Positions 49,099 to 60,099 are shown, counted from the stretch's first letter. The stretch is DNA of 64,000 nt from an uncultured Alphaproteobacteria bacterium (GCA_964484795.1 CAZAFN010000004.1:13-64012), one strand, 5' to 3'. The notes: generated from the letters alone by a model not told the origin. Program-made: numbers and translations.

Positions 49099-49668
49099 TT
49101 AATTTTTAGGTAAATTATTAATAAATGAAGATTTTTTTTTTATCACCAAATTTAGATTTTTTGCTATTGCCCTTTTAATTTGGTTTACGAGTAAAATTTC
49201 TGAATTACTAAATTTTTCAAGAACAAATATTTCTGCTTTAATTTTCTTTTCAACAAAAAAATTATTTTTTATTCCAAATTTAATTCTATAAAATTCATCT
49301 CCAAAAAATTTAATTATATTTTTAATGCCATTATGTCCACCATCACTGCCAGATGATTTAATTCTTATTTTACTAAAGTTCATATCCAGATCATCATGAA
49401 AAACTATTAAATCTGTGCTATTTTTTATTTTAAAAAAATTAAACATATTTAGAATTGGTTTCCCACAGACATTCATAAAACTTGTTGGTTTAAAAATTAC
49501 AATATTTTGTTCGAAAATTTTTTTTTTGGAATATAAACCATCAAACTTCTTTCTAAAAGGTGGAAATTCATAGTAATTATGAACTTCGTCTATTATCTTG
49601 AATCCGATGTTATGTCGTGTATCTTCGTATTTATTCCCAGGATTTCCTAACCCAACAATTAGTATCAT
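49099..49668 (-). CDS. pth: Peptidyl-tRNA hydrolase
   Basis: LIVGLGNPGNKYEDTRHNIGF signature. Confidence 0.9.
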   Translation of the reverse strand: MILIVGLGNPGNKYEDTRHNIGFKIIDEVHNYYEFPPFRKKFDGLYSKKKIFEQNIVIFKPTSFMNVCGKPILNMFNFFKIKNSTDLIVFHDDLDMNFSKIRIKSSGSDGGHNGIKNIIKFFGDEFYRIKFGIKNNFFVEKKIKAEIFVLEKFSNSEILLVNQIKRAIAKNLNLVIKKKSSFINNLPKN

Positions 49669-49683
49669 CTCACAAATTAAGGA

Positions 49684-50397
49684 TCAACCCTTAGAATCGT
49701 CTTGTTCTTTACTGCTTTCCTCAGGTTTTCCTTTCTCGTCTTTAACTTCTTCTTTTCCTTCTTCAGTTTGTTCTGTTTCATCTGTTTCTTCAGTTTCATC
49801 TTCTTCTTTTACTTCTTCTTCAATCTGCATAACTGTTGGTGGGGCAATTGTAGCAATAGTAAAATCTCTATCTTTGATTGTTGGGACTACATCGACATCA
49901 ATTTTTATTGAACTAATGTGAATGCTATCACCTATTTGTAATCCACTTAAATCTGCTTCAAGGAATTCTGGGATTTTGTTTACTGGAGTTTTTACTTCTA
50001 CTTCATATTTTACTATGTTGAGAACACCACCCTGCTTGATTCCATCACATTCATTTTCATTTATGAACTTTACGGGAACGGAAAGGGTTACCATCGTATT
50101 TTCGCCAACTCTAAGAAAATCTAGGTGAAGTAAATTTTCCTTTACTGGATGAAGTTGCATATCTTTTGGAAGAACTTTATATATTTCATTTTCAACCTTG
50201 ATTTCACATTGTTTTGAAAAAAAATTGGCATTGGAAATAGCCATCTTAATTATTTTTTTGTTAATAGTTATAAGTATAGGGTCTTTTTTTTCGCCATATA
50301 TTATTCCAGGAATCTTATCATTTGATCTTAGATTCCTTGAATTTCCAGTACCGGAAATTTTTCTTTTTTCTGCAATTATCTGAACAATTTCACTCAT
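49684..50397 (-). CDS. rplY: 50S ribosomal protein L25 / general stress protein Ctc, with a long acidic C-terminal tail
   Basis: An L25 beta-barrel N-domain and a Ctc-type second domain, followed by about 45 aa of E/D/T/K-rich low-complexity sequence. Confidence 0.85.
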   Translation of the reverse strand: MSEIVQIIAEKRKISGTGNSRNLRSNDKIPGIIYGEKKDPILITINKKIIKMAISNANFFSKQCEIKVENEIYKVLPKDMQLHPVKENLLHLDFLRVGENTMVTLSVPVKFINENECDGIKQGGVLNIVKYEVEVKTPVNKIPEFLEADLSGLQIGDSIHISSIKIDVDVVPTIKDRDFTIATIAPPTVMQIEEEVKEEDETEETDETEQTEEGKEEVKDEKGKPEESSKEQDDSKG

Positions 50398-50416
50398 TAT
50401 TTTTTTCTATTACAAA

Positions 50417-51349
50417 CTAAGCAAACAAACTCGAAACAGACCTATTCTCGGTTATTCTTCCTATCGCTTCCCCTATTAGGGGGGCTATTGAAAGTTGTTC
50501 AATTTTAGATGATTTCTTAATGTCATCTCTAGCCAGAATACTATCAGTTATAAACATTTTATCAATCGGTGATTTTTTTATTCTATCAACTGCTGGCGGT
50601 GATAATACTCCGTGTGTTATATAAGCGGAAACAGATTCAGCATTCTTTTGTTTTAATGCCTTTGCAGCATTAGTTAAAGTTCCAGCAGTATCGCAGATGT
50701 CATCAATTAGTATGCAGTGTTTTTTTTCCACTTCACCTATAATATTCATTACTTCTGATTCGCCTGCTTTTTCTCTTCGTTTGTCGATAATAGCAAGCTC
50801 ACAATCTACTCTTTTTGCAATTGCTCTAGCTCTTACAACTCCTCCAACATCTGGAGAAACTATAATGAAATCCTTTCCACCAAATTTTTTCTTTATATCA
50901 TCTATAAAAACTGGGGCTGCAAAAAGATTGTCAGTTGGAATATCGAAAAATCCCTGGATTTGACCCGCATGGAGATCAACCATCAACGCTCTATCAGCAC
51001 CTGCTATGCTAATTAGGTTTGCAACTAGTTTTGCAGAAATCGGGGTTCTTGGCCCAGACTTTCTATCCTGTCTTGCATAACCATAGTAAGGCATTATAGT
51101 AGCTATTGATTTAGCAGACCCCCTTTTTAAAGCATCAATAACTATTAAAAGTTCCATTACATGATCATTTGCTGGGTATGATGTGGATTGAATTACAAAA
51201 ACATCTTCTCCTCTTACATTTTCCTGAAGTTCAACAAAAATTTCTTTATCAGGAAATGTCTTTATTGTGGCATCAACTAACTTAATTCCAAGATATTTAG
51301 ATATGCTTTCTGCAAGAGGGATGTTGCTATTTCCAGAAACTATTTTCAT
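50417..51349 (-). CDS. prs: Ribose-phosphate pyrophosphokinase
   Basis: PRPP-binding [11 protein letters not shown] and [13 protein letters not shown] motifs. Confidence 0.9.
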   Translation of the reverse strand: MKIVSGNSNIPLAESISKYLGIKLVDATIKTFPDKEIFVELQENVRGEDVFVIQSTSYPANDHVMELLIVIDALKRGSAKSIATIMPYYGYARQDRKSGPRTPISAKLVANLISIAGADRALMVDLHAGQIQGFFDIPTDNLFAAPVFIDDIKKKFGGKDFIIVSPDVGGVVRARAIAKRVDCELAIIDKRREKAGESEVMNIIGEVEKKHCILIDDICDTAGTLTNAAKALKQKNAESVSAYITHGVLSPPAVDRIKKSPIDKMFITDSILARDDIKKSSKIEQLSIAPLIGEAIGRITENRSVSSLFA

Positions 51350-51365
51350 CTATTTAAAACTTTTA

Positions 51366-52106
51366 TTAGTTATCTTTTATACCAACTAGACTAATTTGCC
51401 TACCACAATTTTCAATTCCTTGATTTTTGTAGTATCTATGACTAAAAAATTTTTTAGGATTACTAAAAGTATCTTGATTAGAGATGCTATAATTCAACAC
51501 ATTTAATTTCTGTAATTTAAACTCTATAAATTTTGAAAAATCAAAAAAAATTGAATTGTCCTTATAATGAATAAGTTTTAAGTAATCAGTGTGGTTTTTT
51601 TTTAAGACTTCAATAAAGTCCTTTCTGATATGGAACGATTTTTTTTTTAGATGGGGTCCAACCAAAAAAACCAGATCTTGAATCAAGTCACCAGAATTGA
51701 TGAACATTTTAACAGTATTTTCAATTATTCCTAAAATAGTTCCTTTCCATCCTGCATGAATTATTCCAAAATTTTTTTTACCCAATATTATTATTGGCGC
51801 ACAATCAGCCGTTAGTATTCCTAGCAAAATATCATTCCTATTTGTAACCATTCCATCACCATATGCAGGTATTTTTTTTTTGTTATCAATGAAAACAACT
51901 CTATTTGAATGTACTTGATTAAGCAGAATTATTTTTTTTTTTGAATTAATATAACTTTTTGCAATTTCACGATTTTTTTCCACATTTTTTTTACTATCTC
52001 CTTTTTTAAAAGCACAATTTAGAGAAAAGAAATTTCCTTTACTTGTTCCACCTGATCTAGTGCAAAAACAGAAGGAAAATTTTTTATCAATTTTTTTTTT
52101 TAACAA
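51366..52106 (-). CDS. pgeF: YfiH/PgeF-family (laccase-domain) purine nucleoside-processing enzyme
   Basis: 246 aa with HAGWKG and conserved Cys/His. Confidence 0.75.
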   Translation of the reverse strand: MLKKKIDKKFSFCFCTRSGGTSKGNFFSLNCAFKKGDSKKNVEKNREIAKSYINSKKKIILLNQVHSNRVVFIDNKKKIPAYGDGMVTNRNDILLGILTADCAPIIILGKKNFGIIHAGWKGTILGIIENTVKMFINSGDLIQDLVFLVGPHLKKKSFHIRKDFIEVLKKNHTDYLKLIHYKDNSIFFDFSKFIEFKLQKLNVLNYSISNQDTFSNPKKFFSHRYYKNQGIENCGRQISLVGIKDN

Positions 52107-52109
52107 ATC

Positions 52110-53159
52110 TTATCCTCTAAAAGCATCGATATTCATATTTTTATTAGTTATAAACAAACACTTTATCAAACCACCCATTCCTTTTGGATCAGTTAAACGA
52201 TTAAATTGATAATTTAAGATGGACTGTGTTTTATTGGAATTATTATTTTTAAGCAATGTCATTAATCTTTCATTAATGCCGTAAAAAAACAAAAATTTCT
52301 TTTGCGAGATTGGTCCATAATTATATAGACCAAATGAGTTGGATTGTTCTTTTATTTTTTCAAAATCCACATGATATGTAATGTCGGATTCAAATACATT
52401 TTCTAAAAAATTGGCTTTCTTGGATTTTGAAATTACCTGTAGAGTGTCTATTTTTTTTTTAAGGTAAGGTCCATAGTCAAAAATTAAAACTCCTCCACCA
52501 TAAATTTTTATTTGTTGAAAAATTTTATTTAAATAAAGATCAGTTAAGGGTGATGTTTCAATAACATCGCCATTAATTGATTTCGATTTAATTTCATTTT
52601 TAAAATTATTTTTTTGGTAAACAATTTTAAAAAATCCGTTTTTCACAGTTATTCTTTTTTCATACCAATGATTCTTTATCATTTCAAATTGATTGATTGG
52701 CAATGCATCAAAAAACTCATTACAAATAAAAAAATATGGCTCCTTTTTTAATCTAAAATTCTTAAGAATGTTGATTTTAATATTTTGGTTCCTAAATTTT
52801 TTTATTTTTTTTTTTTGTAATATTTTTTTTATTTGTGATTTGTCATACAAAAAAATATTGAGTTTTTTTTTTAAGTTTTTAGACTTTGTTGTTATTAAAT
52901 CTTCAATCAAAGTGCCATTTCCAGGTCCCAGTTCACAAAAATTCTTTAGTTTTTGACTCTTCAACATTGTAATTATAAATATAGAAACGCATTCCCCAAA
53001 CATTTGGCTAACTTCTGGAGATGTTATAAAATCAGAGCCAATTTTTTTTTTTTCGTAGTATCCAATTTCTCTATCATAAAGGCAAAAATGGACAAACCGG
53101 CTTAATGAAATGGATCCATTTTTGTTAATAATATCTTTTATTTTTTGAAGTCTTTCCAT
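52110..53159 (-). CDS. MidA/NDUFAF7-like class I SAM-dependent methyltransferase (DUF185)
   Basis: 349 aa with ITSPEVSQMFGE and ELGPGNGTL motifs. Confidence 0.7.
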   Translation of the reverse strand: MERLQKIKDIINKNGSISLSRFVHFCLYDREIGYYEKKKIGSDFITSPEVSQMFGECVSIFIITMLKSQKLKNFCELGPGNGTLIEDLITTKSKNLKKKLNIFLYDKSQIKKILQKKKIKKFRNQNIKINILKNFRLKKEPYFFICNEFFDALPINQFEMIKNHWYEKRITVKNGFFKIVYQKNNFKNEIKSKSINGDVIETSPLTDLYLNKIFQQIKIYGGGVLIFDYGPYLKKKIDTLQVISKSKKANFLENVFESDITYHVDFEKIKEQSNSFGLYNYGPISQKKFLFFYGINERLMTLLKNNNSNKTQSILNYQFNRLTDPKGMGGLIKCLFITNKNMNIDAFRG

Positions 53160-53925
53160 AAGTTAATAATAAAATTCCAACTAAAAACATTGGGATAGAT
53201 AGCAATTGTCCCATTGTCAAATTACCTAAAATAAATCCTAAATGTTGGTCAGGTTCGCGAAAAAATTCTAATAGGAATCTTGCAGAAGAATAAAGAATTA
53301 AAAAAACGGAAAAAATATTTATTTTTATATAATACTTATTTTTATAAAAAAAATTAATAATAATGAAGATTATGATTCCTTCAAATAATGCTTCATAAAG
53401 TTGACTTGGATGTCTAAGAATTCCAGATTTTTCATACAAAACACCCCATTGCGAATTTGTAGGTCTTCCAATTAATTCTCCATTTACAAAATTGGCTAAT
53501 CTGCCTAGAAAAATTCCTATTGGAGCACAACTTGCGACAAGATTTGACAGTTCTAAAAAACTAACCTTTTTCAATCTAGAGAAGATTATTGTTGATAATA
53601 TTAAGCCAATCAGTCCACCATGAAATGACATGCCTCCTCTCCATATATAAAAAATTTCTTGTAGATTATCAAAATAGAAGTTTAAATTATAGAAAAATAC
53701 ATAACCTAATCTCCCTCCCAATATTACACCAATAATCGCCCATGTTAGAAAATCATCTATTAATCCTGAGTCCAATTTTATAAAGTTGTTCTTAATAAGA
53801 TAATGTGAAAAAAATACACTAAAAATAAAACCAAATAGATAAGAAAGAGAATACCAATATACATTTAACCCAAACAATTTAAATGCAACAGGATCCAAAT
53901 TATGTAAATATACGAATTCATTCAT
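53125..53925 (-). CDS. lgt: Prolipoprotein diacylglyceryl transferase
   Basis: Lgt signature GGRLGYVFFYN and a conserved G-rich loop. Confidence 0.9.
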   Translation of the reverse strand: MNEFVYLHNLDPVAFKLFGLNVYWYSLSYLFGFIFSVFFSHYLIKNNFIKLDSGLIDDFLTWAIIGVILGGRLGYVFFYNLNFYFDNLQEIFYIWRGGMSFHGGLIGLILSTIIFSRLKKVSFLELSNLVASCAPIGIFLGRLANFVNGELIGRPTNSQWGVLYEKSGILRHPSQLYEALFEGIIIFIIINFFYKNKYYIKINIFSVFLILYSSARFLLEFFREPDQHLGFILGNLTMGQLLSIPMFLVGILLLTYGKTSKNKRYY

Positions 53926-54883
53926 TATTGAGGTGATTCCTTATATAATCTGTAACTCCCTCTTCGAGAGATAAAAATTTTTTTTTAAACCCTGCATTTC
54001 TTAACTTTTGAATATTTGCTTTTGTGAAGTATTGATATTGTTTTCTAATATTATTTGGTGTGTTAACATATTTTATTTTTTGTTCTGCATTGCAATTTTT
54101 AAATACGGCTTTAGCTAGATCTTTGAAGCTTCTTGGTTGACCGCTACCAACATTAAATAATCCATCTATTTTAGCATTTTCAGCAAACCAACATATTATA
54201 TCAACTACGTCTTTAACATAAATAAAATCTCTTAGTTGTTCTCCATCTTTGTATTCTGGATTATGAGATTTGAAAAGTCTGACTTCTGATTTTTTTTTAA
54301 TTTTTTGGTATATTTTCAAGGCTATGCTTCTCATTTCGCCCTTATGATTTTCATTTGGTCCATAAACATTAAAAAATTTAAGTCCAACACATTGCGCAGG
54401 GGTTATATTCATCTTTGTCTTGTTTGCTACAAATTTATCAACAATATGTTTAGACCAACCATAAACATTCAAAGGTAAAAGTTCTGATAGATAATTACTT
54501 GAATCATTGTCGATAAAATCATTTTCTCCATTTCCGTATGTTGCTGCTGAAGAAGCATAAATAAATCTTTTTTTTTTTTTTACGCACCAATCCCATAGAA
54601 AAATTGAAAGATTAATATTGTTTTCAACAATGAGTCTTACATTTTTTTCTACAGTTGATGTGATTGCTCCTAAATGAATTATGAGTTCTATGGATTTATG
54701 ATTTTTTTTTAAAAAATTATGTAAATTTTTTGGTGATACTTTCAAAATAGAATCACAGTTAAAATAATCTGAGTTTTCCTTATTTTTCCAATCTACTGAG
54801 ACTATTTGTGTTTTTTTAGATTTAGAAAGATGGTTGACTAAATTTGAACCAATAAACCCTGCACCTCCAGTAACCAAAATCAT
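53918..54883 (-). CDS. NAD-dependent sugar-nucleotide epimerase (HldD/ADP-heptose-6-epimerase-like)
   Basis: A Rossmann GGAGFIGS and a YGWSK catalytic dyad. Its size is typical of HldD. Confidence 0.7.
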   Translation of the reverse strand: MILVTGGAGFIGSNLVNHLSKSKKTQIVSVDWKNKENSDYFNCDSILKVSPKNLHNFLKKNHKSIELIIHLGAITSTVEKNVRLIVENNINLSIFLWDWCVKKKKRFIYASSAATYGNGENDFIDNDSSNYLSELLPLNVYGWSKHIVDKFVANKTKMNITPAQCVGLKFFNVYGPNENHKGEMRSIALKIYQKIKKKSEVRLFKSHNPEYKDGEQLRDFIYVKDVVDIICWFAENAKIDGLFNVGSGQPRSFKDLAKAVFKNCNAEQKIKYVNTPNNIRKQYQYFTKANIQKLRNAGFKKKFLSLEEGVTDYIRNHLNNE

Positions 54884-54916
54884 ATTAATCTCAATTGTTT
54901 TAAGTAATTTTTATAG

Positions 54917-55105
54917 TTAAGAAAGAACCTTCAATATAAGGAAACTTATTAAATAAGTTACCAAAACAAAACATATGGAATTTATTACATATTTTCTATT
55001 TCTATTTATAGTACTTTTTAACGATTTATGAAACCAGATTAACCAAATTATGAAAGATATGAAATAAAAAATTAGTAAGAAAATAATTAGTGAATCTTTA
55101 ATCAT
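54917..55105 (-). CDS. Hypothetical small membrane protein
   Basis: 62 aa with two predicted TM helices. There is no other support. Confidence 0.25.
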   Translation of the reverse strand: MIKDSLIIFLLIFYFISFIIWLIWFHKSLKSTINRNRKYVINSICFVLVTYLISFLILKVLS

Positions 55106-55152
55106 AAATCAATATATTGTGTTTATTTTTAATTTGAATACTATAAGTTGTT

Positions 55153-55686
55153 GTGTATTTCACACTAATATATTATTATTACGTAATGGAATTTGACAGT
55201 CAAAAAAAAATTATTAAATATAATAATCCAATAGACTGTATAGAAGACTTTGTTTACAAATATGATGTTGACTTTTTAAGAGATTCCCCAAATGATTTGA
55301 CACTAAATTTTAAAGGGTTGTGGAAGAATTATAACATTTCAATAAATTGGGATGAATTTAATGAAATTATTAATATAAGTAGTTATTTTGAAATAAAAAA
55401 AAAAAATATAAGTAACGAAATATATTCATTAATTTCTATCATAAATAAGAAAGTAAATTTAGGTTATTTTAATTATTGTACAAAATTACAAACAGTTTTT
55501 TTTAACTACAAAATTTCAGTAAAGGGGATTAATTTTCTGACCAGAGAACAGGTTGAGAGTTTTATTGATGTGGTTGCAAATGAATGTGACAAATATTTCC
55601 CAGTATTTTATGTTTTTATTCATAAAAAGCAGGATAGCAACTTTGCCTTAGATGCTGCTCTTGTTGATACATACGGTGAGGCATGA
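55153..55686 (+). CDS. Hypothetical protein (possibly YbjN-like), translationally coupled to proC
   Basis: 177 aa with no recognisable motif. ATGA overlap with proC. Confidence 0.4.
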   Translation: MYFTLIYYYYVMEFDSQKKIIKYNNPIDCIEDFVYKYDVDFLRDSPNDLTLNFKGLWKNYNISINWDEFNEIINISSYFEIKKKNISNEIYSLISIINKKVNLGYFNYCTKLQTVFFNYKISVKGINFLTREQVESFIDVVANECDKYFPVFYVFIHKKQDSNFALDAALVDTYGEA

Positions 55687-56486
55687 ATGAATCTTTGATT
55701 TTAGGTTGTGGAAATCTTGGTAATATAATTCTTGATGGTTTCTCAAAAAAAGGAAAGAAGGTAATTGTTTTTGAAAAAAATAAAACAATAAAAAAAAATT
55801 TAAAAAAAAAAGATGTTTTAACGGTAAATAATCTTAAAGATGTTAAGTGGGAAAGAATTGAATATGTAATGATTTGCGTTAAGCCTATCGATTCAATAGG
55901 CCTGTTAAATCAGTTGAAAGAGAATATCTTACCTAATTGTAGCGTGATATCTTTTGTAGCTGGGTTAAAAATTAAAAAAATTAAATCATTATTAATTCAA
56001 AATATTAATGTATTTAGATTTATGCCGAATATCTTAATTGAGGTCGGAGAAAGTGCCACCGGAATTTTTACAGATTTAGTGGATGAGAAAAAAAAAATAA
56101 ATCTAATCAAAGATTTTTCCTTCTTTGGTTATTTAAAATGGTTGAGCAAGGAAGATGAAATGGATCTTTTTACCTCATTATATGGGGGAGGACCGGCCTA
56201 TATTTTTTATTTTCTTGAATGTTTGGTCAAAATTTCAGAGAAAAGTGGTTTAGACTCTGAAGCTTCAAGAAAATTGGTCATTTCCTTGTTGAATGGGACA
56301 AGCAAATTGATTAAAAAAGATAATCAAGATTTCTCATCTATCGTAGATAAAGTAACTAGTAAAGGTGGAACAACTGAAAAAGCTATAAATTTTTTTGAGG
56401 AAGACCAAAAGTTTTTTAAAATCATCAGTGAAGGCATTTTAAGAGCAAAGAATAGATCAATGGAAATTTCTAAAAAATTGGATTGA
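55683..56486 (+). CDS. proC: Pyrroline-5-carboxylate reductase
   Basis: N-terminal Rossmann LGCGNLG and C-terminal dimerisation motif SKGGTTEKAI. Confidence 0.85.
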   Translation: MNESLILGCGNLGNIILDGFSKKGKKVIVFEKNKTIKKNLKKKDVLTVNNLKDVKWERIEYVMICVKPIDSIGLLNQLKENILPNCSVISFVAGLKIKKIKSLLIQNINVFRFMPNILIEVGESATGIFTDLVDEKKKINLIKDFSFFGYLKWLSKEDEMDLFTSLYGGGPAYIFYFLECLVKISEKSGLDSEASRKLVISLLNGTSKLIKKDNQDFSSIVDKVTSKGGTTEKAINFFEEDQKFFKIISEGILRAKNRSMEISKKLD

Positions 56487-56488
56487 TT

Positions 56489-57784
56489 CTAACTATCAAA
56501 TATTATTGAAAAGCATGAACCCTTAAGTTTTTTGGAATCAGATAAGTTGATTTTGCCTTTTATTTTCTTTGTAAGTTCATTTGCAATGCTTAGACCTAGT
56601 CCAGATCCGCCTTGATTTAAGTTTCTTGAATTATCAATTTTATAGAATGGTTTAAAAACTTTTTCTTTGTGCCGTGGATGAATTCCCGGACCATCATCAT
56701 CTAATTCTATTACTAATGTTTTAGATTTTTTTTTTGCTGATATAATAATTTGATTGCCATATCTAGAAGCGTTTTCAAACAGATTAAAAACAATTCTATA
56801 TAGACTGTTTTTGTCTGTATTTAATGTTAGAGTTTTTTTGCATACAACTGAGATATTCTTATTTTTATATTTAGACGAATTAATTACTTCTTTTATTAGA
56901 TCAAGAATATTAACTTTAGAAAACTTTTTGATGTTAACTTTTTCAGAATAATCAAGATATTCCTTTAGAAAAATTTGCATTGTTTCAACATCTTTTTTTA
57001 TTGAATTGATTTCCGGTTGTTCCCTTAATAATTCTAGCCTTAATTTGATTCTAGTTATGATCGTTCCAAGGTCATGAGAAATTCCAGCCAAAAAACTGGT
57101 TCTTTGTGATATATAATTATTTATCCTCATTCTCATTTTCATAAAAGCATTTCCAGCCAATCTAATTTCCATTGCTCCTTCAGGTTTGAATTTTTTTATT
57201 TTTTTCCCTTGCCCAAAATCTTCAGCTGATTTAGCCAAACGATATATTGCTCTAATTTGTATTCTGAGAAACAAAAAAGCTATTATTGATAAAACTAAAG
57301 ACGAAGAAATAATCCACAAAAAAAGAATTGTGGGAGTTTCACTTAATAGATATTTTCTTGGAAACTTTATTGATAATTTTTTACCATCTACTATTGGCAA
57401 CAGTTTTACAGAATCTTTTTCAAATACAATATCTATTCCACCCCCAACTCTATTACTAATATTTCTGTGAATTCTTTTTTCAAAAAAAGAACTTTCTGTT
57501 AAAGAATTGTCATAAATTATTTTGTCAATGGAAAATTCAATGTTTAATGTTTTGGCAATTTCTTGAGTTTTTTTTAGGCCCTCCTTTTCATATTCATTAA
57601 TTAGTAAGTTAACCTGATTAACTGCAATATTTGAAAATCTATTGATGATTTTTTCCCAATGCCTATCATAAAAAAAAAATATTGCTAAGCATTGAGTAAG
57701 AATTAATGGAAGAAAGAAAATTAGTAATAATCTAGGCAATAGTTTCTTTGGAAGAAATCTTTTAAATTTCTTGATCATATTCAC
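56489..57784 (-). CDS. Sensor histidine kinase (EnvZ-like)
   Basis: 431 aa with two TM helices flanking a periplasmic loop. HAMP, H-box (SHDLGT) and ATPase G-boxes (GSGLGLSIA) are present. Confidence 0.8.
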   Translation of the reverse strand: MNMIKKFKRFLPKKLLPRLLLIFFLPLILTQCLAIFFFYDRHWEKIINRFSNIAVNQVNLLINEYEKEGLKKTQEIAKTLNIEFSIDKIIYDNSLTESSFFEKRIHRNISNRVGGGIDIVFEKDSVKLLPIVDGKKLSIKFPRKYLLSETPTILFLWIISSSLVLSIIAFLFLRIQIRAIYRLAKSAEDFGQGKKIKKFKPEGAMEIRLAGNAFMKMRMRINNYISQRTSFLAGISHDLGTIITRIKLRLELLREQPEINSIKKDVETMQIFLKEYLDYSEKVNIKKFSKVNILDLIKEVINSSKYKNKNISVVCKKTLTLNTDKNSLYRIVFNLFENASRYGNQIIISAKKKSKTLVIELDDDGPGIHPRHKEKVFKPFYKIDNSRNLNQGGSGLGLSIANELTKKIKGKINLSDSKKLKGSCFSIIFDS

Positions 57785-58454
57785 TTACAAGCATATAACC
57801 TTTTCCACGCACAGTTTTTAGAAAAGATGATTTATTTGATGAAATCTTTTTTCTTAATCTTGTGACAGTGACGTCTATTGAACGAAGATTAGACTCAACA
57901 TTAAGTTTTTTGGCAATTTCTTCTCTGGAAATTTCCTTGTTGAGGTTTTTAGATAATATTTCTAATAGATGTTCTTCAGAAGAGGTTAAATTGATATTGT
58001 AATTATTCTTTTTAAGCTCTCTTGTACTTAGATCAAACTCATATTCACCAAAATATGATTTTCTTAATGATTTGATTTTATTTACTCTTGGATTGAGTAA
58101 TTTGTTCATTCTCAAAATAAGTTCAATGGGTTCAAAAGGCTTTATCAAATAATCATCACAACCTACATTATATGATTCAGTCTTTTTTTTAATTTGGCTG
58201 CTTGCCGTCAACATAATTACAGGAACATTTTTATTAAATTTTCTAAAATTATTTAAAAATTTAATACCACTTTGTTTGGGCATCATTATATCCAGTATAA
58301 TAAGATCAAAAGTAAAAAATTTTGTAAATTCATCAGCTTCAAAAGCATCCTTGGCTATTGAAACTCTAAAATTTTTTTTTTTAAGATAAATTTTTAAAAG
58401 TTGCCTTATTTTATCATCATCATCAACACACAAAATATGAGGGATATTTTTCAT
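57762..58454 (-). CDS. OmpR-family response regulator
   Basis: 230 aa with receiver and winged-helix domains. It overlaps the downstream kinase gene. Confidence 0.85.
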   Translation of the reverse strand: MKNIPHILCVDDDDKIRQLLKIYLKKKNFRVSIAKDAFEADEFTKFFTFDLIILDIMMPKQSGIKFLNNFRKFNKNVPVIMLTASSQIKKKTESYNVGCDDYLIKPFEPIELILRMNKLLNPRVNKIKSLRKSYFGEYEFDLSTRELKKNNYNINLTSSEEHLLEILSKNLNKEISREEIAKKLNVESNLRSIDVTVTRLRKKISSNKSSFLKTVRGKGYMLVSEYDQEI

Positions 58455-58537
58455 TAATAGACAAATTTAAAGATCAAAGTATTTATTATTGATTTTACAA
58501 TGTTATAGTATTTAAATTTTAACTTATAAGAAAAAAT

Positions 58538-59410
58538 ATGCAAATGGTCCCTTTTGATAAACGAGATGGTGTTATTTGGTTGAATGGCTCATATAGAGAA
58601 TGGAATGAAACCAAAATTCACGTTTTAAACCATGGTCTTCACTATGGGAGTTGTGTGTTTGAGGGTTTGCGAATATATAATGGAAAAATTTTTAAACTTG
58701 ACGAGCATATTGCTAGACTTTTTGAATCTGCCAAAATTTTAGATTTAACAATTCCGTTTTCTACTAAGGAAATAAAAAAAATTACCAATGAGATTACTTG
58801 TAAACAGAATATTTTAAATGGTTATATTAGGCCAGTAGTTTGGAGAGGCAGTGAAATGATGGCAATTTCAGCAAAAAAAGGTAGTACTAATGTTGCTATA
58901 GCTGCATGGACATGGCCGTCATACTTTTCAGAAGATAGATTGTTAAAAGGGATTAAACTGACAGTTTCAAAATGGGTTAGACCATCTCCTAATTCAGCTC
59001 CGACGAATAGTAAGGCGTCAGGGCTTTATATGATTTGTTCCTTGAGCAAACATCTTGCTGAGTCTAGTGGTTTTGACGATGCATTAATGCTTGATTATAG
59101 AAACTACATTGCAGAATCTACAGGTGCAAACATTTTTTTTGTAAAAGATCAGGAACTTTTTACACCAATTCCTGATTGTTTTCTTAATGGAATAACTAGA
59201 CAAACTGTCATAGATATTGCCAAGATGCAAAATATAAATGTCAATGAAGGACATTTCAAAACTAATTTTTTATCCGAATGTGATGAAGCATTTTTAACTG
59301 GAACAGCTGTAGAAATCACCCCGATTTCATCAATTGACAAATATTCCTTTGAAGTAGGGAAAATAACTAAATTATTAATGAATCAATTCAAGAAGATTGT
59401 TAATTTATGA
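58538..59410 (+). CDS. ilvE: Branched-chain amino acid aminotransferase (fold type IV)
   Basis: 290 aa with an ARLFESAK region holding the PLP-binding Lys, and a C-terminal GTAVEITP. Confidence 0.85.
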   Translation: MQMVPFDKRDGVIWLNGSYREWNETKIHVLNHGLHYGSCVFEGLRIYNGKIFKLDEHIARLFESAKILDLTIPFSTKEIKKITNEITCKQNILNGYIRPVVWRGSEMMAISAKKGSTNVAIAAWTWPSYFSEDRLLKGIKLTVSKWVRPSPNSAPTNSKASGLYMICSLSKHLAESSGFDDALMLDYRNYIAESTGANIFFVKDQELFTPIPDCFLNGITRQTVIDIAKMQNINVNEGHFKTNFLSECDEAFLTGTAVEITPISSIDKYSFEVGKITKLLMNQFKKIVNL

Positions 59411-59854
59411 ATTTTTTATTTTTTTCATATCTTCTTGGGTCTGTTCAACCCAATGAGATTTATTTTTAAAGTTCTCTTTTTTCCAAAAAGTAATTTTAAT
59501 TTTTAACCAATCCACAACTGTTTCTATGAAAAAATAACTATCTTTTCTGTGTTTGCTTGCAACTAATAATAAAACTATATTCTCACCAGGAAATAAGTTT
59601 CCAAATCTATGCAATAGAAGATAATCATCAAAAAAACATTTTTTTTTTAGTTTGGTAATTATTTTTTTTGTTTGAGTAAAAGCCATTTTTTTATAATATT
59701 CTATATCTATACTTTCGATAGTCTTGCCATCACTTGATGGTTTAACCTTTCCCAGAAAAACCATAATAGATCCTGATTTAAAGTTTTTTTTTGAAAATAA
59801 ACTTAACTCTTTTTCTGCATTAAAATCTTCTTCTTGAAATCTAATTTTCATCAT
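59405..59854 (-). CDS. moaE: Molybdopterin synthase catalytic subunit
   Basis: 149 aa MoaE-like protein. Confidence 0.75.
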   Translation of the reverse strand: MMKIRFQEEDFNAEKELSLFSKKNFKSGSIMVFLGKVKPSSDGKTIESIDIEYYKKMAFTQTKKIITKLKKKCFFDDYLLLHRFGNLFPGENIVLLLVASKHRKDSYFFIETVVDWLKIKITFWKKENFKNKSHWVEQTQEDMKKIKNS

Positions 59855-60099
59855 CCACCCGTTACTGGTGGAAAGAATGCAACTTCATCACCATCTGTTA
59901 CAAATCTGTCAAAATCAGCATATTCACAATTAATAGCGCATTTCAAATTTTTAGTATTTTCAAAAGCTTTTTTGTATAGATTGTTTTTCTGTTTAAGTTG
60001 ATTGATAATTTCTTTTATTTTAATTTTACCTTTTATTTTTATAGTTTCTTCACTCTTTCCAATGGTTTGTTTTAGTTTTGCAAAGTATAATATTTTCAA
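59851..60099 (-). CDS. moaD: Molybdopterin synthase sulfur-carrier subunit
   Basis: 82 aa ubiquitin-like protein ending in Gly-Gly (PPVTGG). It overlaps moaE. Confidence 0.7.
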   Translation of the reverse strand: MKILYFAKLKQTIGKSEETIKIKGKIKIKEIINQLKQKNNLYKKAFENTKNLKCAINCEYADFDRFVTDGDEVAFFPPVTGG

